Shown in pieces: positions 13,253-27,448 of a DNA stretch of 64,000 bases. This DNA is from Octopus sinensis (Eukaryota): positions 37,262,001-37,326,000 of the forward strand of contig NC_043003.1 in assembly GCF_006345805.1 (NCBI RefSeq), given 5' to 3'. The translations under genes and the position numbers were made by a program. The notes under the pieces are model-generated. The model saw nothing but the letters and a program-made list of their open reading frames with translations, did not search any database and was not told the DNA's origin. Positions within the stretch are counted from its first letter, which is position 1. Each line of letters starts with the position of its first letter.

Positions 13253-13646
13253 GGTATACTAGCCATCTCAATATGGCTAACCACTAAGGGTGGGTGTTAC
13301 TGTAGCTTGTAGCCTCAGGAGATCATCGTCTCCAGCTGGCTTTAGGCACACTTTCTGTGCCCTTATGGTATTTGCAAAGGTATTTGCCTGTCTTCAGCGA
13401 ACGGCAGTCACCGGTTGTCGACAACCGGTGACTGCAGTACGCTGAAGACAGGCAAATACCTAGAAACTGCAGTCCGTGCGTGTCACCTAGGTTGACGAGG
13501 GAGGGATGACCTCCCTTTGCAAATACCATAAGGGCACAGAAAGTGTGCCTAAAGCCAACTGGAGACGATGATCTCCTGGGGCTACAAGCTACAGTAACAC
13601 CCACCCGTAGTGGTTAGCCATATTGAGATGGCTAGTATACCTTACA
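13248..13646 (+). mobile_element. Nested fold-back element (probable PLE pseudo-LTR)
   Basis: Outer inverted repeat 13248-13380/13514-13646; inner hairpin 13379-13460; contains a hammerhead motif. Confidence 0.75.
13437..13479 (+). ncRNA. Minimal type-I hammerhead ribozyme motif (GUC site)
   Basis: GTACG-CTGAAGA-C AGG CAAATA CCT A-GAAA-CTGCAG-TC^-CGTGC. Confidence 0.75.
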
Positions 13647-13723
13647 TTGCCGTGTAGTTACTGTTTACATCTCGTTCAGAGATTTATTGTTACTATATAT
13701 ATATATATATCAAAATAAGCTAA

Positions 13724-14444
13724 AAGGATATCCAAAGGTAATGCAGTACAATCGCTTCATGCTACTTCATTTAATTAAACAATGCAAGTATTACAACAGT
13801 TTTAAAATGTAGAGCAATCTTCAACTACATATGGAATTTTTTAGTTAAATTGACAAGAAACATTTTTTTACTTATTCTATTTGCCAACATTACAAAGAGG
13901 GTAGGTATATAGACAGAGAGGTAAATCCCATCATCAGAAAATTTTCTATAACTATTGCATAAATTCCATATATCTAGCGAATTCATTAAGTTCATCTTGG
14001 TTACTTCCCTTCCATTATATTTTTAAATATTTTAAAGGCACTTGATATATGTGCTAATTGATAATTTCTTTTTTACTAGGAATATTCTCATAAAAAGCTC
14101 TTCTAAATCCCCACTGAACTTAATAGAATAATATCAAACCCCCTCCCCAATAGTTAATCTAAATAACAAAGTAAATTCAGTGATAAGAAATGTATCCATG
14201 TGTAAATATCATTTACTACCATGTTTCTGGTGATGGGATTTATCTCTGTGTCTATATACCTACCCTCTTTGTAATGTTGGAAAATGGAATATGTATAAAA
14301 ATGAATATTGTCAATTTAACTAAAAAAATTCCATATGCAACTGAAGATTGCTCTACATTTTAAAACTGATGTAATAATACTTGCATTGTTTAATTAAATG
14401 AAGTAGCATGAAACGATTGTACTGCACTACCTTTGGATATCCTT
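13724..14444. mobile_element. Fold-back element with ~220-bp diverged arms (probable PLE pseudo-LTR)
   Basis: Arms 13724-13940 / 14224-14444, adjacent to (TA)n; degenerate CTGAAGA..AAAAC motif near 14341. Confidence 0.65.
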
Positions 14445-14665
14445 GTTGTTGTCCCCGTTGTTAGCCCATTTGGTGTATGAAGGAGTTTGACTCTGCTGCC
14501 CTCGTCTGTTCATCCGGTATCTAGTTCCTTTTTTAAGACATTTGCGTCCACATTACGCAGGCTTCTTAATTTTTGTGGCGTGGTATTGAAGAGCTGTGGG
14601 TCTTTGAATCCTAGGCTATTGCAGTAGCTGGTCCCGAATTTAGACGGAGTGGATGGTATTTTCTG
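14445..14665 (-). pseudogene. CR1/L2-superclade LINE ORF2 3' end fragment
   Basis: Translation SYCNSLGFKDPQLFNTTPQKLRSLRNVDANVLKKELD / IPDEQTRAAESNSFIHQMG* followed by a CAA tail. Confidence 0.65.
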
Positions 14666-15179
14666 ATATGTATAAATACAATAAACTGAGAACTTTTATG
14701 TAGCAAAGTTACATCAACATAGTATGTGATTCCTTCAGAAATTCTGACAAAGTTTTTGAGTACTTGCTATTATTCTAAATTTAGTCATTGAGCGAGTGAG
14801 CGCTACTCGATGAGTTAGGAATGCAAAGGAAAGTTAGATATTACATATCAGAGAAAGCACAGAAATTAGGAATCAGTTCTATAAATATTACTTTGTGATT
14901 ACTAGAAAACAACACTTCCAGAATTTGCTAAAGGAATATGGTTTAATACAATGAAATGTTCCAGAGATACTGATATAATTAGTGAAAAAGAATAAGAATA
15001 TCAAAGGTGAATGTGTTAATATGGCTGTTTGATGTGCTGAATGCCATAGAACATATCCACGTGATCCCTGATATTTCTAGCATTCTAAACGACCAACCTG
15101 ATGGGTTACCTTTAGTTTGTTTAAAAGATAGAGATTTAGTAGTAGTTGTAGAGAGATCGAGACTGCGATAAAATAACGT

Positions 15180-15392
15180 CTTCTATTATAGGCACAAGGT
15201 CTGAAATTTTGAGGTAGGTAATAAGTCAATTATATCAACCCCAGTGTTCAACTGGTACTTATTTTATCGACCTTGAAAGGATGAAAGGCAAAGTCAACCT
15301 CGTCAGCATTTGAACTCAGAACATAAAGAAAGACGAAATGCCGTTAAGCATTTTGTCCGGCGTGCTAACTATTCTACCAGCTGGCCGCCTTA
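15180..15392 (-). mobile_element. SINE family B (Meta-domain-like), short-tail form
   Basis: GGTACTTATTTTATCGACCTTGAAAGGATGAAAGGCAAAGTC; head GGCGGCCAGCTGG. Confidence 0.85.
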
Positions 15393-15544
15393 CAACACAA
15401 CAAAATAATGAAAGAAATATTCGCTAATCAAGTCCAATTAGATAAATAAATGATACAAAGAAAAAACAGAGATATCATATCCGAGAAATAACTCAAATTT
15501 GGAATCAAATATGTAAATATTATTTAGTGACCAGTGTGCCTTGC

Positions 15545-15900
15545 CAGATCCACATTTTCACACCTACACATACACACACGCACACGTCAAAATCACCATC
15601 CCTCTTCCACACGCACATACAAACTCTCTTATACACACGCACGTGCATCTTCGTTTTGAAATCACCACTACTTTATTATCTCCTCTTCTCCCTAGCTCTC
15701 CTGTGTGACGCTTCTGTCCGGCATTCACCATGATAGATAGCTAGCCACTACACATTCTTTAAGTTTTTCTCCTTGTTCCTTTCTGTGGAAGAGCGTAGGA
15801 TCGAATGTTAATGACTTTTTCACTTCCCGAGCGTTATACTAATACATCTGTTTGTTGTCTACACCACATGTCTTTGTCTTTTTTTTTGTGAATCCCCCCC
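15545..15900 (+). mobile_element. PLE-like terminal repeat family with CTGT(G/T)GA hammerhead variant, ending at (TA)n
   Basis: Homologous to 44340-44710, 54890-55020 and 55041-55232. Confidence 0.65.
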
Positions 15901-15944
15901 ATATATCTATCTATATATATATATATATATAATATATATATATA

Positions 15945-16197
15945 CAGCTTATAAACAAGGACAAAAGAAAAAAATTCTAATGCCAAATATGCCGAAAATA
16001 GACAAATCGTCAATAACCATATCATTTATCATTATAAATTATATGGTTGTTGACGATTTGTGTATTTTCGGCATATTTAGCATTAGAAGTTTTTTCTTTT
16101 GCCCTTGTTTATAAGTTGTTTATAAATTTAGCCTTTAAATGTATTTTTTTAATATGCAAGCCATTGATAGAATTTTTTCGAAAAATGTCATCCTATA

Positions 16198-16200
<3 letters not shown>
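15945..16200. mobile_element. (TA)n-flanked fold-back fragment; same family as 33077-33320
   Basis: Inverted repeat 15945-16028/16035-16118; sequence matches 33077-33250. Confidence 0.7.
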
Positions 16201-16255
<55 letters not shown>

Positions 16256-16267
16256 TATATTATATAT

Positions 16268-16631
16268 AATAAAGAGTAAAATTAATTATTAATGATTAAT
16301 AATTTAACCAAGTAGTTCTGTATGTTAAAATAACCTTTATCGGTAACCTTTAACCTTATACATAAATTCTATAATTATAAGTATAATTATAATTAAGGTT
16401 CAGCAAATTGCTTCACCACATACCGAATTAGAAATCCCGAAACGCGTATGTAGTTAATCAAAGTCGTGTAAATTCGTTAATTTTTCTCTTTACCTACGTG
16501 GAATATGAGTATTGCTATCTGGGTGATATCTGATGGTAGAGGAATAGCATTTAACTGCTATTTCTAATTCGGTATGTGGTGAAGCAAGTTGCTGAACCCT
16601 AATTATAATTATACTTATAATTATAGAATTT
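16268..16631. mobile_element. (TA)n-flanked fold-back fragment with half-hammerhead (probable PLE)
   Basis: Inverted repeat 16364-16435/16560-16631; GAAACGCGTA at 16439-16448. Confidence 0.6.
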
Positions 16632-16636
16632 TCGTG

Positions 16637-16682
<46 letters not shown>

Positions 16683-16713
16683 TATATATATATATAATAT
16701 ATATATTATATAT

Positions 16714-16809
<96 letters not shown>

Positions 16810-17265
16810 ATATATATACATACATACATACATACATACATACAGATGTATGTATGTGTGTATATATGTATATATGTATGTATGAATCGTTTCTGACGAC
16901 GACAGAGAAATTGTTGAATATCAGAGCAGAGTTTAATAGTTAACATACTAACCAGACTAACAGACCACTGTATTAACCTATATATAGTCTGTGAGAGTGC
17001 ATGCGTATGTGTTTGTACGTATGTGCTTGCGCATATGTGTGTGCGTATGTATAACTTATGTAGCATAGATACGTGCATGCATACGCTGAAATATATATAA
17101 GTACATAATACATATGACTTCAAAACTGAATATTGTATACAGAGTTATCGTTCTCACCTTCACTTCCGTTCCTTTCCCTTGTTTCCGTCTTTCATTTTTT
17201 CCTGTTTCTCTGTTTTGTCTCGCTACCTCTCTCTCTCCCTCTCTTTGTCTATTTCCCCGTCCCTT

Positions 17266-17324
<59 letters not shown>

Positions 17325-17764
17325 CTCTCTCTCTATCTCTCTCTCTCTCTCTCCCTCTGTCACTCTCACATTTCTCTCACCTATAGTTTCATTTTGCAAC
17401 ATTCTTTGAATAACTCTCTACGTCACCATCTATCATCAATGAAATTGTATTATTTCATACGTAAACACAATCTTTTTCTCCTTCGTAATATTTTGGGCTT
17501 ATATCTTTCTTTCTTTTCTTTTATTTTTTACTTAACCTTTTGTCTTCTTTTTTACCTGCAAGCTCTCTTCATGTTGAATTATCTACAATATCTATAATAA
17601 GCTTGACGTCACTTCCGCTAAGATATCTAGCTTCTCTTTTCACTATTCTTTCTATGCAATTTCCCTACATATTTTTCTTGCTCTTATTTGATTTGTTATT
17701 GTTAAATCGCTTGTTTTCCTTTGTTATCACAGTTGTTATTGTTAATATTGTTGATATTGTTGCT

Positions 17765-17768
17765 ATTA

Positions 17769-17825
<57 letters not shown>

Positions 17826-17939
17826 CATTGCTGTTTGTTTCTAATGGTGGCAGAGTTCAACTTGCAGGTTTTATTCTTATTTTCATTGTTGTTATTGTAT
17901 TTGTAGCTTCCACTATTATCATTATTATTATTATTATTA

Positions 17940-17981
<42 letters not shown>

Positions 17982-18030
17982 TATTATTATTATTATTAAT
18001 TATTATCATTATTATTATTATTATTATTAC
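17765..18030. repeat. (ATT)n microsatellite blocks
   Basis: Direct reading. Confidence 0.95.
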
Positions 18031-18535
18031 AAAGAAAGTATTGTTATTAATATGTGTGTGGATACATATAATTTATATGTTTTCTTTTGCTTTTTTTTTT
18101 GTTAAATTTAGCGTTAATTTTTTTTTTTAAACTATTTCTTCCTCTTGAATTGTTCAGTTTGTTTTAAATTTCATTCTGTATGCTTTTCCTCACTTCCTGT
18201 ATGTAATCCTTTCTTGTCACCGCTTTTGTATTTTCTTGTCACTTTAAGGCTTGCTTCCTTTAAATTTTACCAAAATCCTATCTTCAACAAATATGCTTCG
18301 TTTTTCTTTTTTTTTTTTCTTTTTTCTTTTTCTTTTTTCTCCCATTCTATTGAATTCCTCATTTTCTATTATTTATATGTTTTGCACTTTTACTTATTAT
18401 ATTTTTTAGTTACAGTTGCTTTTACTGAAATATATTCATGCTTTTTTTTTTCTTTTGTTTTGCTATTCTTGTTAATATTTATAACTTAGGTATGTTCATT
18501 TCATCTTAACTTTCGTGTTATTCATACGTAAATAA

Positions 18536-19222
<687 letters not shown>

Positions 19223-19224
19223 TG

Positions 19225-19592
19225 TTTCTTTATTAGCCACACAGGGCTGCACACAGATAGAACAAATTACAAGGTAGAGCTTTTCTTTTGAAGGTATTAA
19301 AAAAAAAAAAAAAAAAAAAAAGGAGGGGGAGGTTTCGATCAAAAGGGATCGTAAAAGGAGGGAAAGAGGACAAAAATAAGGGGGGTTAAAAAAAAAAAAA
19401 AAAAAAAAGGGGGGGGGGAGAGGAAAAAAAATGATCAATAGGATCGTTATCACAGAAATGTCAATATGAAGTGTAAAGGGGAGGACAGGTGAGGTTTACC
19501 CCGTGGAAAGAAAAGCCTGCGGAAAAGACCACGGTAACCTCGGTCAATGAAGTCACATTTTATATTTCTTTTTTTTTTTTTTTTTTTTTTTT
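19225..19592 (-). mobile_element. 3' UTR of an L1/Tx1-type LINE, embedded in (GATA)n
   Basis: Minus-strand end TCTGTGTGCAGCCCTGTGTGGCTAATAAAGAAA then (TCTA)n; GATA repeats also at 19593; tail homologous to 31361-31399. Confidence 0.6.
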
Positions 19593-19726
19593 AGATAGAT
19601 AGATCTGTGTGTGTGTGTGTGTGTGAATATATGTATTTATGCAAGTATGTGACAATGCCATGTAATATATCTATATCAACTTCATCCTGAATATTAATAT
19701 TAATGTTAATATCAATGTTAATATTA

Positions 19727-20950
19727 AGGCAGCGAGCTGGTAAAATCGTTAGCACGCCGGGCAAACTGCTAAGCAGCATTTGCATCTGTCTTTACATTCT
19801 GAGTTCAAATTCCGTCAAGTAGACGTTGCCTTTCATCCTATAAGGGCGATAATATAAGTAGCAGTCAAATACTGGGATCGACGTAATCGATTATTCCCCT
19901 CCCCAAAATTTCATGCCTTGTGCCTATTGTAAAAAGGCTGCGAACTGGCAGAAACGTTAGCACGCCGGGCGAAATGCTTAGCGGTATTTCGTCTGCACTT
20001 ACGTTCTGAGTTCAAATTCCTCCGAGGTCGACTTTGCCTTTCATCCCTTTCGGGGTCGATAAATTAAGTACCAGTTGCATACTGGGGTCGATATAATCGA
20101 CTTATTCCCTTTGTCTGTCCTTGTTTGTCCACTCTGTGTTTAGCCCCTTGTGGGTAGTAAAGAAATAGGTATTTCGTCTGCCGTTACGTTCTGAGTTCAA
20201 ATTCCGCCGAGGTCGACTTTGCCTTTCATCCCTTTCGGGGTCGATTAAATAAGTACCAGTTACGCACTGGGGTCGACATAATCGACTTAATCCGTTTGTC
20301 TGTCCTTGTTTGTCCTCTCTGTGTTTAGACCCTTGTGGGTAGCAAAGAAATAGGTATTTTGTCTGTCTTCACGTTCTGAATTCAAATGTTGCTGGCGTCG
20401 ACTTTGCCTTTCGTCTTTTGGGGTCGATAAATTAAGTACCAGTTACGCAAGATTTTAGGCCTTGTACCTATAACAGAAAGGATTATTATTATTATTGAGT
20501 TCGGCGGTGAGTTAGAATCGTTAACCCGCCGGGGAAAATGCTTAGCGGCATTTCGTTCGTCCTTACGTTCTGAGTTCAAATTCCGCCGAGATCGACTTTA
20601 TCTTTCATCCTTTCGGAATCGATGAAAAAAGTACCAGTCGAGTACTGGGATCGATGTAATCAACTAGCCTCTTCCCCACAATTTCAGGCATTGTGCCTAT
20701 ATAGTAGAAAGGATCATTATTGTTATTATTATTATTTTGTCTGACAGAATCGTTAGCACGTCGAAGAAAATACCTCGGAATATTTCTTTTGCTTCTAAAT
20801 TCCGAGTTTTCTCTCAGCTTTACGTTTTGTGTTCAACTTACTAATTTCTTTATTTATCCAGAGTTTATAACATAAGGTACCAGTCACATACTGGAGACAT
20901 TGGAATCGATTAAACTCACTCTCCGCAAAAATTGCTGACTTTGTGCCTAC
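19727..20950 (+). mobile_element. Cluster of four head-to-tail SINE family B elements, one with internal ~184-bp tandem units
   Basis: Heads near 19727, 19936, 20502 and 20740; Meta-like CTTTCATCC..CGGGGTCGATAAATTAAGTACCAG in each. Confidence 0.9.
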
Positions 20951-20959
20951 CCAGTACTA

Positions 20960-21347
20960 AACGGACTATGCGTTTGATAGAAATTCTAAGTTGACAATAT
21001 ACAGAAATTTAGTGGTGTGTAAGAGCAATGACGTTCTCGGAGAAACTCCAGGCGTCGACAACGATTAACCAGCTGGTCTGCTTGGGAGGATTTTCGAGCG
21101 CGGAACTACCATCGATAACTTCGACAAATCCGGAGTGCCAGTTCGAAATAAACTCAACAAGAACGGAAGCGCAGCCAGTTGGCACTGTCCGTGAGCAAGA
21201 AGATCGACGAAAATGTACAGCACACACTCATGCAGTGTCTCAGCATTGCTGACATAAGGAGTTATACCGTAAGGGACGAATCCGGTCAAAGCGCGTGAGG
21301 TTCGCCCCACCACCCAACTTCACCAGGGCAGAACAGACAGTGTATGT
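20960..21347 (+). pseudogene. Tx1/L1 ORF2 fragment (zf-RVT region)
   Basis: Stitched translation NDVLGETPGVDND..IDNFDKS / GVPVRNKLNKNGSAASWHCP*-KKIDENVQHTLMQC ... FAPPPNF fits the C-terminal Cys/His zinc-finger region of L1/Tx1 ORF2. Confidence 0.65.
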
Positions 21348-21503
21348 TAGTTGAACAAATCGACCCCAGGATTTATTTTTTGTATGCTTAGTACTTATCC
21401 TATCGGTCTCTTTTGCCGAACCTCTAAGTTTCAGGGACGAAAACATACTAACATCGGTTGTGAAGCGATAGTGGGGGGACAAACAGACACACAAACATAT
21501 ATG

Positions 21504-21599
<96 letters not shown>

Positions 21600-21762
21600 G
21601 ACGGGCTTCTTTCAGTTTCCGTCTACCAATTCCACTCACAAGGCTTTGGTCAGCCCGAGGGCATAGTAGAAGACACTTGCCCAAGGTGCCACGCAGTAAG
21701 ACTGAACCCAGAACTATGTGGTTAGTAAGCAAGCTACTTATCGCACAGCCATGCCTGCACCT
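21348..21762 (-). mobile_element. SINE family A
   Basis: Consensus match with internal (TA)n. Confidence 0.9.
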
Positions 21763-22039
21763 ATTGTGGAAAAATTAAATAAAATGATTTTTTAAAATAT
21801 TTCCATAGTTTTCAAATCGATGGGACATTTTACATTTTTCTGTCTCACTCTCTTTTACTTTTGTGATGGCTCGGTAGGTTGGTAGTAGCAGATCTGAAGA
21901 AATATTTAATATGAAGGAGGTTGGTTGTGGATTTTACAAAAGTAAAAGAGGAAGAGAGACAGGAAAAAGGAAAATGTCCCTTGTATTTGAAAACTAAGGA
22001 AATATTTTTAAAAAACATTTCATTTAATTTTTCCACAAT
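21763..22039. mobile_element. MITE-like / fold-back element with ~85-bp imperfect inverted arms
   Basis: ATTGTGGAAAAATTAAAT...TGTCTC (21763-21846) is the reverse complement of 21956-22039. Confidence 0.65.
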
Positions 22040-22159
22040 TTAATTGTTTTTCATGCTTTGCTCAAAGTCTCAAAGACTGAAACCGTTACTAAAATGTTCT
22101 TCATGATAAAATAATTTTAGCATTTTCTACTTTGCCCTATTTTCCTTATATATATATGT

Positions 22160-22359
22160 CCTTTTAATCTTTTACTTGTTTCAGTCATTTGACTGGGGGT
22201 TTGCTAGAGCATCGCCTTGAAGGGCTTTAGTCGAACAAATGGACCCCACCCTAGTACTTATTCTATCAGTCGCTTTTGCTGAACCGCTAATTTACAGGGA
22301 TGTAAACACACCACCACTGGTTGTCAAGCGGTGATGGGGAACAAACACACACGCATAGA

Positions 22360-22394
<35 letters not shown>

Positions 22395-22530
22395 CGAACT
22401 TCTTTCAATTTCCGTCAACCAATACCAAATCCACTCGCAAGGCTTTGGTCGGCATGAATAGAAGACACTTGTCCAAGATGCCACGCAATGGAACTGAACC
22501 CGGAACCATGTTGTTGGGAAGCAAGCTTTA
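22160..22530 (-). mobile_element. SINE family A
   Basis: Consensus match. Confidence 0.85.
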
Positions 22531-23467
22531 CATTAAACTGAAAGATTAGTCAATACTTTTTGCGGAGTACATATAAATTTTGACAAGACTGGTAGGTGAC
22601 AGTGACTTAGGTGATGGGTAGCAGGTTGAAACTTCGAAGTCATTGTCACCACTCTTGTAAAGATATCATATAACTATATATGTATATATACTCGTATAGT
22701 ATGAGTGTGTGTGAGCGTGTGTGCGTGTATGTGTGTGTGTGATATTTCTTTCAATGCAGGACAGGAAAGAAAGAAAGAAATTAAATTACCTTATGACTTA
22801 TATCCGTTTACTTTCGATGTTCGCTGAGTATCTGTATAAGTATATATATATATGCCTGATCGTGTGTAAGCATATGTGTGTGTATCTAAATATGTATACA
22901 TATAGTAGTGTGTGCGTATGTGTGTATGTGTGTGTTTGTGTATATGTGTATTTGATTGTGAATAGTTTGTTTTGTTTTTTTTCCCAAAAATTTGAAATTT
23001 GGTCAGACAAATTTCAAGTGAATATCGGTTTTTGCAGCATAATTTCCGAAGACACCAGAATTGAAAAGGAAAAGTTTTTCATGTTTAACGTTACGTTATA
23101 ATTACTTATTGCGAATTTATATATGTATTTATGTATGTATTAGTGTGTGTATATATGTGTGTTAGTGTGCGTATGTGAATCGTAGTTCTTTATTTTATTC
23201 CCTCCATCCTTCCTCCCAACATTTCCCCCCTCTTGTTTTTCAATCTTTCGTCTCTCGTGCCTCCTCTGTTCTTTTCTACGTCTCCTTTCTTCCTATTTTC
23301 CACTTTAACGTAGTAGAAGAAATTAGATACACATGCATATAAATATACAACGAAGTTTTATTATAGTAGATATTAATCATTGAGTCTATCTTCATAAAAC
23401 AGTATCATTATCATAGATATATGTCATATGTACATATGTGTACGTATAGATACAAGCGCGCACGCAA

Positions 23468-23499
<32 letters not shown>

Positions 23500-23529
23500 T
23501 TATAGTCAACCGATGAGATCTAGAGATTC

Positions 23530-23945
23530 TCGAGCTGGCCGAATCGTTAGCAAGCCGGGCGAAATGCTTTGCGGTATTTCGTCTGTCGTTACGTTGTGAG
23601 TTCAAATTCCGCCGAGGTCGACTTTGCCTTTCATCCTTTCGGGGTCGATAAATTAAGCACCAGTTACGCACTGGAATCGATGTAATCGACTTAATACCTA
23701 TGTCTGTCCTTGTTTGTCTCCTCTGTGTTTAGCCCCTTGTGGGTAATAAAGAAATAGGTATTTCGTCTGTCGTTACGTTGTGAGTTCAAATTCCGCTGAG
23801 GTCGACTTTGCCTTTCATCCTTTCAGGGTCGATAAATTAAGTACCAGTTACGCACTGGGGTCGATGTAACCGACTTAATCCGTTTGTCTGTCCTTGTTTG
23901 TCCCCTCTATGTTTAGCCCCTTGTGGGTTATAAAGAAATAGGTAT
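23530..23945 (+). mobile_element. SINE family B with two tandem ~184-bp units
   Basis: Head GAGCTGGCCGAATCGTTAGC, then unit GGTATTTCGTCTG...AATAAAGAAATA twice. Confidence 0.9.
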
Positions 23946-24221
23946 AGATAACACTTTGTACCGCTCAAATGTTTCGAACTTCGACTCCGATGTTTTTACG
24001 AGAGACCAATTCCACTGCCGCCATATCTGCTCACCTGGATTCCTCTTATAGCCATTCTTTACCCTGTAGAATTAGTCCCTCGTAAAGACTAAGTTCGAAT
24101 CATTTGTGCGCTCTCTATGTATATTATGTATGTATGTATAAATCAATATACACATGCAAATAGTGTGTATGTGTGTGTGTGTTATTCATATAATACACCG
24201 TAATGTTTATAGGGATAAGTG

Positions 24222-24395
24222 TGGTGACCTTGCAGAATCGTTAGCATGCTGGACATTTAGCCTGTCTTTACGCTCGACTTTGTCTTTCATCCTCTCGCTG
24301 TCGATAAAATAAGTACTAGTCGAGCACTGAAATCCATGTAACCGAACTTAAACCTCATCCAAAATTGCTGGCCTTGTGCCAAAATTTGAAACCAA
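24222..24395 (+). mobile_element. SINE family B, short-tail, diverged
   Basis: Meta-like motif and tail GCTGGCCTTGTGCCAAAATTTGAAACC. Confidence 0.7.
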
Positions 24396-24639
24396 TATTT
24401 ATAAAACAGTAAAAAGGTCTGAATGCAAAAAACGTTAATTTATGTCAATGAAGTTGAAAAGCAGACAGTACAAGATTACCATTTATCATAATAAAGACTT
24501 TGTAAAAATATTGCTTATATAAACCAGAATCAGAAAGTGGTAGGAAGGAATCATGTATGAGAAGAGGTGGATGTATGGAGGAGCAGGTGAGAACCAGTGT
24601 CGTTTACTGTGTTGTGAAACAAGACAGCTTAGAATATAC

Positions 24640-24852
24640 ACTTCAAATTTTGTTACAAGGCCATAAATTTTGGAGGAAGGGGAAGTCGATTACATCGATC
24701 CCCAGAGTTCAACTGGTACTTATTTAATCGACCCCGAAAGGAAGAAAGGCAAGATCGACCTCGGCAGAATTTGAACTCAGAACGTAAATACGGACGAAAT
24801 GCCGCTAAACATTTTGCCCGATGTGCTAACAATTATGGCTGTTCACCGCTTT
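24640..24852 (-). mobile_element. SINE family B, short-tail
   Basis: Consensus match. Confidence 0.85.
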
Positions 24853-25624
24853 AAAGCATCTTAGAATATTAAAGGTAATTACAGAGGAAAATAAATTAAA
24901 ACAGAAAGTATATAAATAAATAGACATAAATGAAGATGAAATAGAATTTGTATGAGTGTATATATTACAGATACATAAATTACATGATAAATCATAGATG
25001 CCTGTCTTTGGGATTTTGTCAGAAAGCGTTGGGGAGATATCATTTTTCTGCGATATAATGTATGATTAACAGTTAGGCTGTGGTTTAATTTGGATGAAAC
25101 ATCAGGCACAGTGACGTTTTTTTTTTTTATGCTAACCATTATATTTCCTTATTCCGGTTATGAAAAGAATGAATTTTAAAATGATGCATTGTTTTAATGT
25201 TTACATTTGTATTGAAAATTAAATTTAAGATATAAAAACCCAATTTGCGAAGTTCGTATTTAGACATTGGATGTTAAATTTCGAGTAATAGATTCAATTC
25301 CTCCTGAGCCAGTGTTTTAGTGAAATGGATTGTAACTCAGTACATATATAATTTTGATATGATAAATTATTTATTAAACTGACTGTTTGGGATAAATGAT
25401 TTAGTGTGAGCTCACAAAGCAGCGAGGCTCAAAATAACGATACGTGCATTTATTTTTGTGACAATCCTGTACACAAGAACATGAAAGGCATTTGCTGGGA
25501 GTTGCTTATCTCGGAAAAAAAAAACAGCTTCTCTCTGTAGGTTTAGTCTTGAAAACACATTGAGGCGAGCTAAAAGCGACGTCAACGAAACTGGGTTTCA
25601 GATGTTTTTACACACAAAACCCTA

Positions 25625-26022
25625 TTCTTTTATTCTCTCACTTGTTTCAGTCATTTGACTGCGGCCATGCTGGAGCACCGCCTTCAGTCGAAGAAATCGA
25701 CCCAATACTTATTCTTTGTAAGCCTAGTACTTATTCTATCGGTCTCTTTTTGCCGAACCGCTAAGTGACGGGGACGTAAACACACCAACATCGGTTTTCA
25801 AGCGATGGTGGGGGACAAACACACTCAGAAATAACAAATATATATATATATATATATATGACAGGCTTCTTTCAGTTTCCGTCTTACACATCCACTCACA
25901 AAGTTTTGGTCGGCCCGAGGCTATAGTAGAAGACACTTGCCCAAGGTGCCACGCAGTGGGACTGAACCCGGAACCATGCGGTTGGGAAGCAAGCTTCTTA
26001 CCACACAGCCACTCCTGCGCCT
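25625..26022 (-). mobile_element. SINE family A, full length
   Basis: Head AGGCGCAGGAGTGGCTGTGTGGTAAG through to the 3' tail. Confidence 0.92.
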
Positions 26023-26129
26023 AAAGCGAGATTTTTCTCCTCCGAGACAAGACAAAGTTCCATAATGAATGCCTTTCAATTTTCAGTGTACAGGAGCGTC
26101 TTGAAAGTAAAAACATACTTCTTAATCAT

Positions 26130-26337
26130 TTTACACGGCACAAGGCCAGCAATTTTAGGGGAGAGAAGTTTAGGCGATTACATTGACCTCAGTTTTTGGT
26201 AGGCGCTTTATTTATCGACCCCGAAAGGATGCAAAGTGAAGTTGTCCTCGGCGGTATTTGAACTCAGGACGTAAACAACCGGAAGAAATGCTGCTAAGCA
26301 TCTCATCCGACGTACTAACGATTCTGCTAGCTCGCCT
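26130..26337 (-). mobile_element. SINE family B, short-tail
   Basis: Consensus match. Confidence 0.8.
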
Positions 26338-27371
26338 TTATTTTTGTTTAACTCGAAGTTAAACAAGACTTGAAGTAGATAATACTATAATTAATAGAGT
26401 ATAGAACTTAAGAGTAAAAAACAACTCTCGGATGGAAAAAAGTTGAAGGCTTCTGTAAACATAACAGACGTTCTACCATTATGCCAAAGAAATCTTTTGA
26501 ATTGTTTCATCCATTTTAGAAGCTTCGTTGCCATCATCGAGAATTGTATATTGTTTACGTCATAAGGCATTAGAAACTATGAGAGATGTGAAATAAATCG
26601 GTTGGAAGTTGCGGTATTTTAGCTTTAAAAATCGATTCGAAAGATTGCTGTGGTATAATAGTAGAACTTATACCTTGTCTGCAGAAGACATAGGTTCGAT
26701 ACACTCGGACATCTTTCGACTTTTTCCATCAAAGAGTATTTTTAACCCAATACTCTACACGGTATTATTTTTCTATTTCGTTTTATCTACTTTGAGTTCT
26801 TAAGACAAACAAGAAATTAGAATAAAAAATAAAAACGAATTATTTCATTTCTCTCGGGGTTTCTAAATTTTTACGACGTAAACAGTGTACATTTTTATTT
26901 AACAATAAAGAATATTTAATTTCGTTCAAGGATATATTATATTAAGGACTGAATGCACGCTATGCGTTCAACTTTCCGTTTCAGAATTTTAAATTAGTTT
27001 AATACATTGTGCGTAGTTCGCCAAGGAGCGCTACACTCGAAGCGGATTCGATTTGTTAAATTCATTTATAAGGTACGAAGATTCGAAACCGACACATTGA
27101 ATTGATATGAATGTGACTGATGTTAAGATAATGCATTACACTTAAATTTGAGATCGATATATATTCTTAAAAGCGATCGATTTTAAACAAATACCTTAAG
27201 AATTCAATTTATAGTAGGGGGTTCAAAGTCCTGCTCAGTAATCTAATTGATTGAAATCTATACATGTACAGTTTTATTTTAAGATAACAAAATTATATAT
27301 TGCATTAAATATTGATAAAATTAAATAAAATAATGTTAAGAATAATATGAGAATTAGAAATTAAAATTATT

Positions 27372-27448
<77 letters not shown>

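Noticed and set aside
16890-16931. Hammerhead motif CTGACGA..GAATA (also 12635-12668, 14341-14385, 27533-27563)
   Set aside because: Cores too degenerate or truncated to call individually
17540-18130. 196-aa hydrophobic ORF
   Set aside because: Poly-Leu/Ile from (ATT)n repeats; the same applies to the many YI/CV/HT-repeat ORFs
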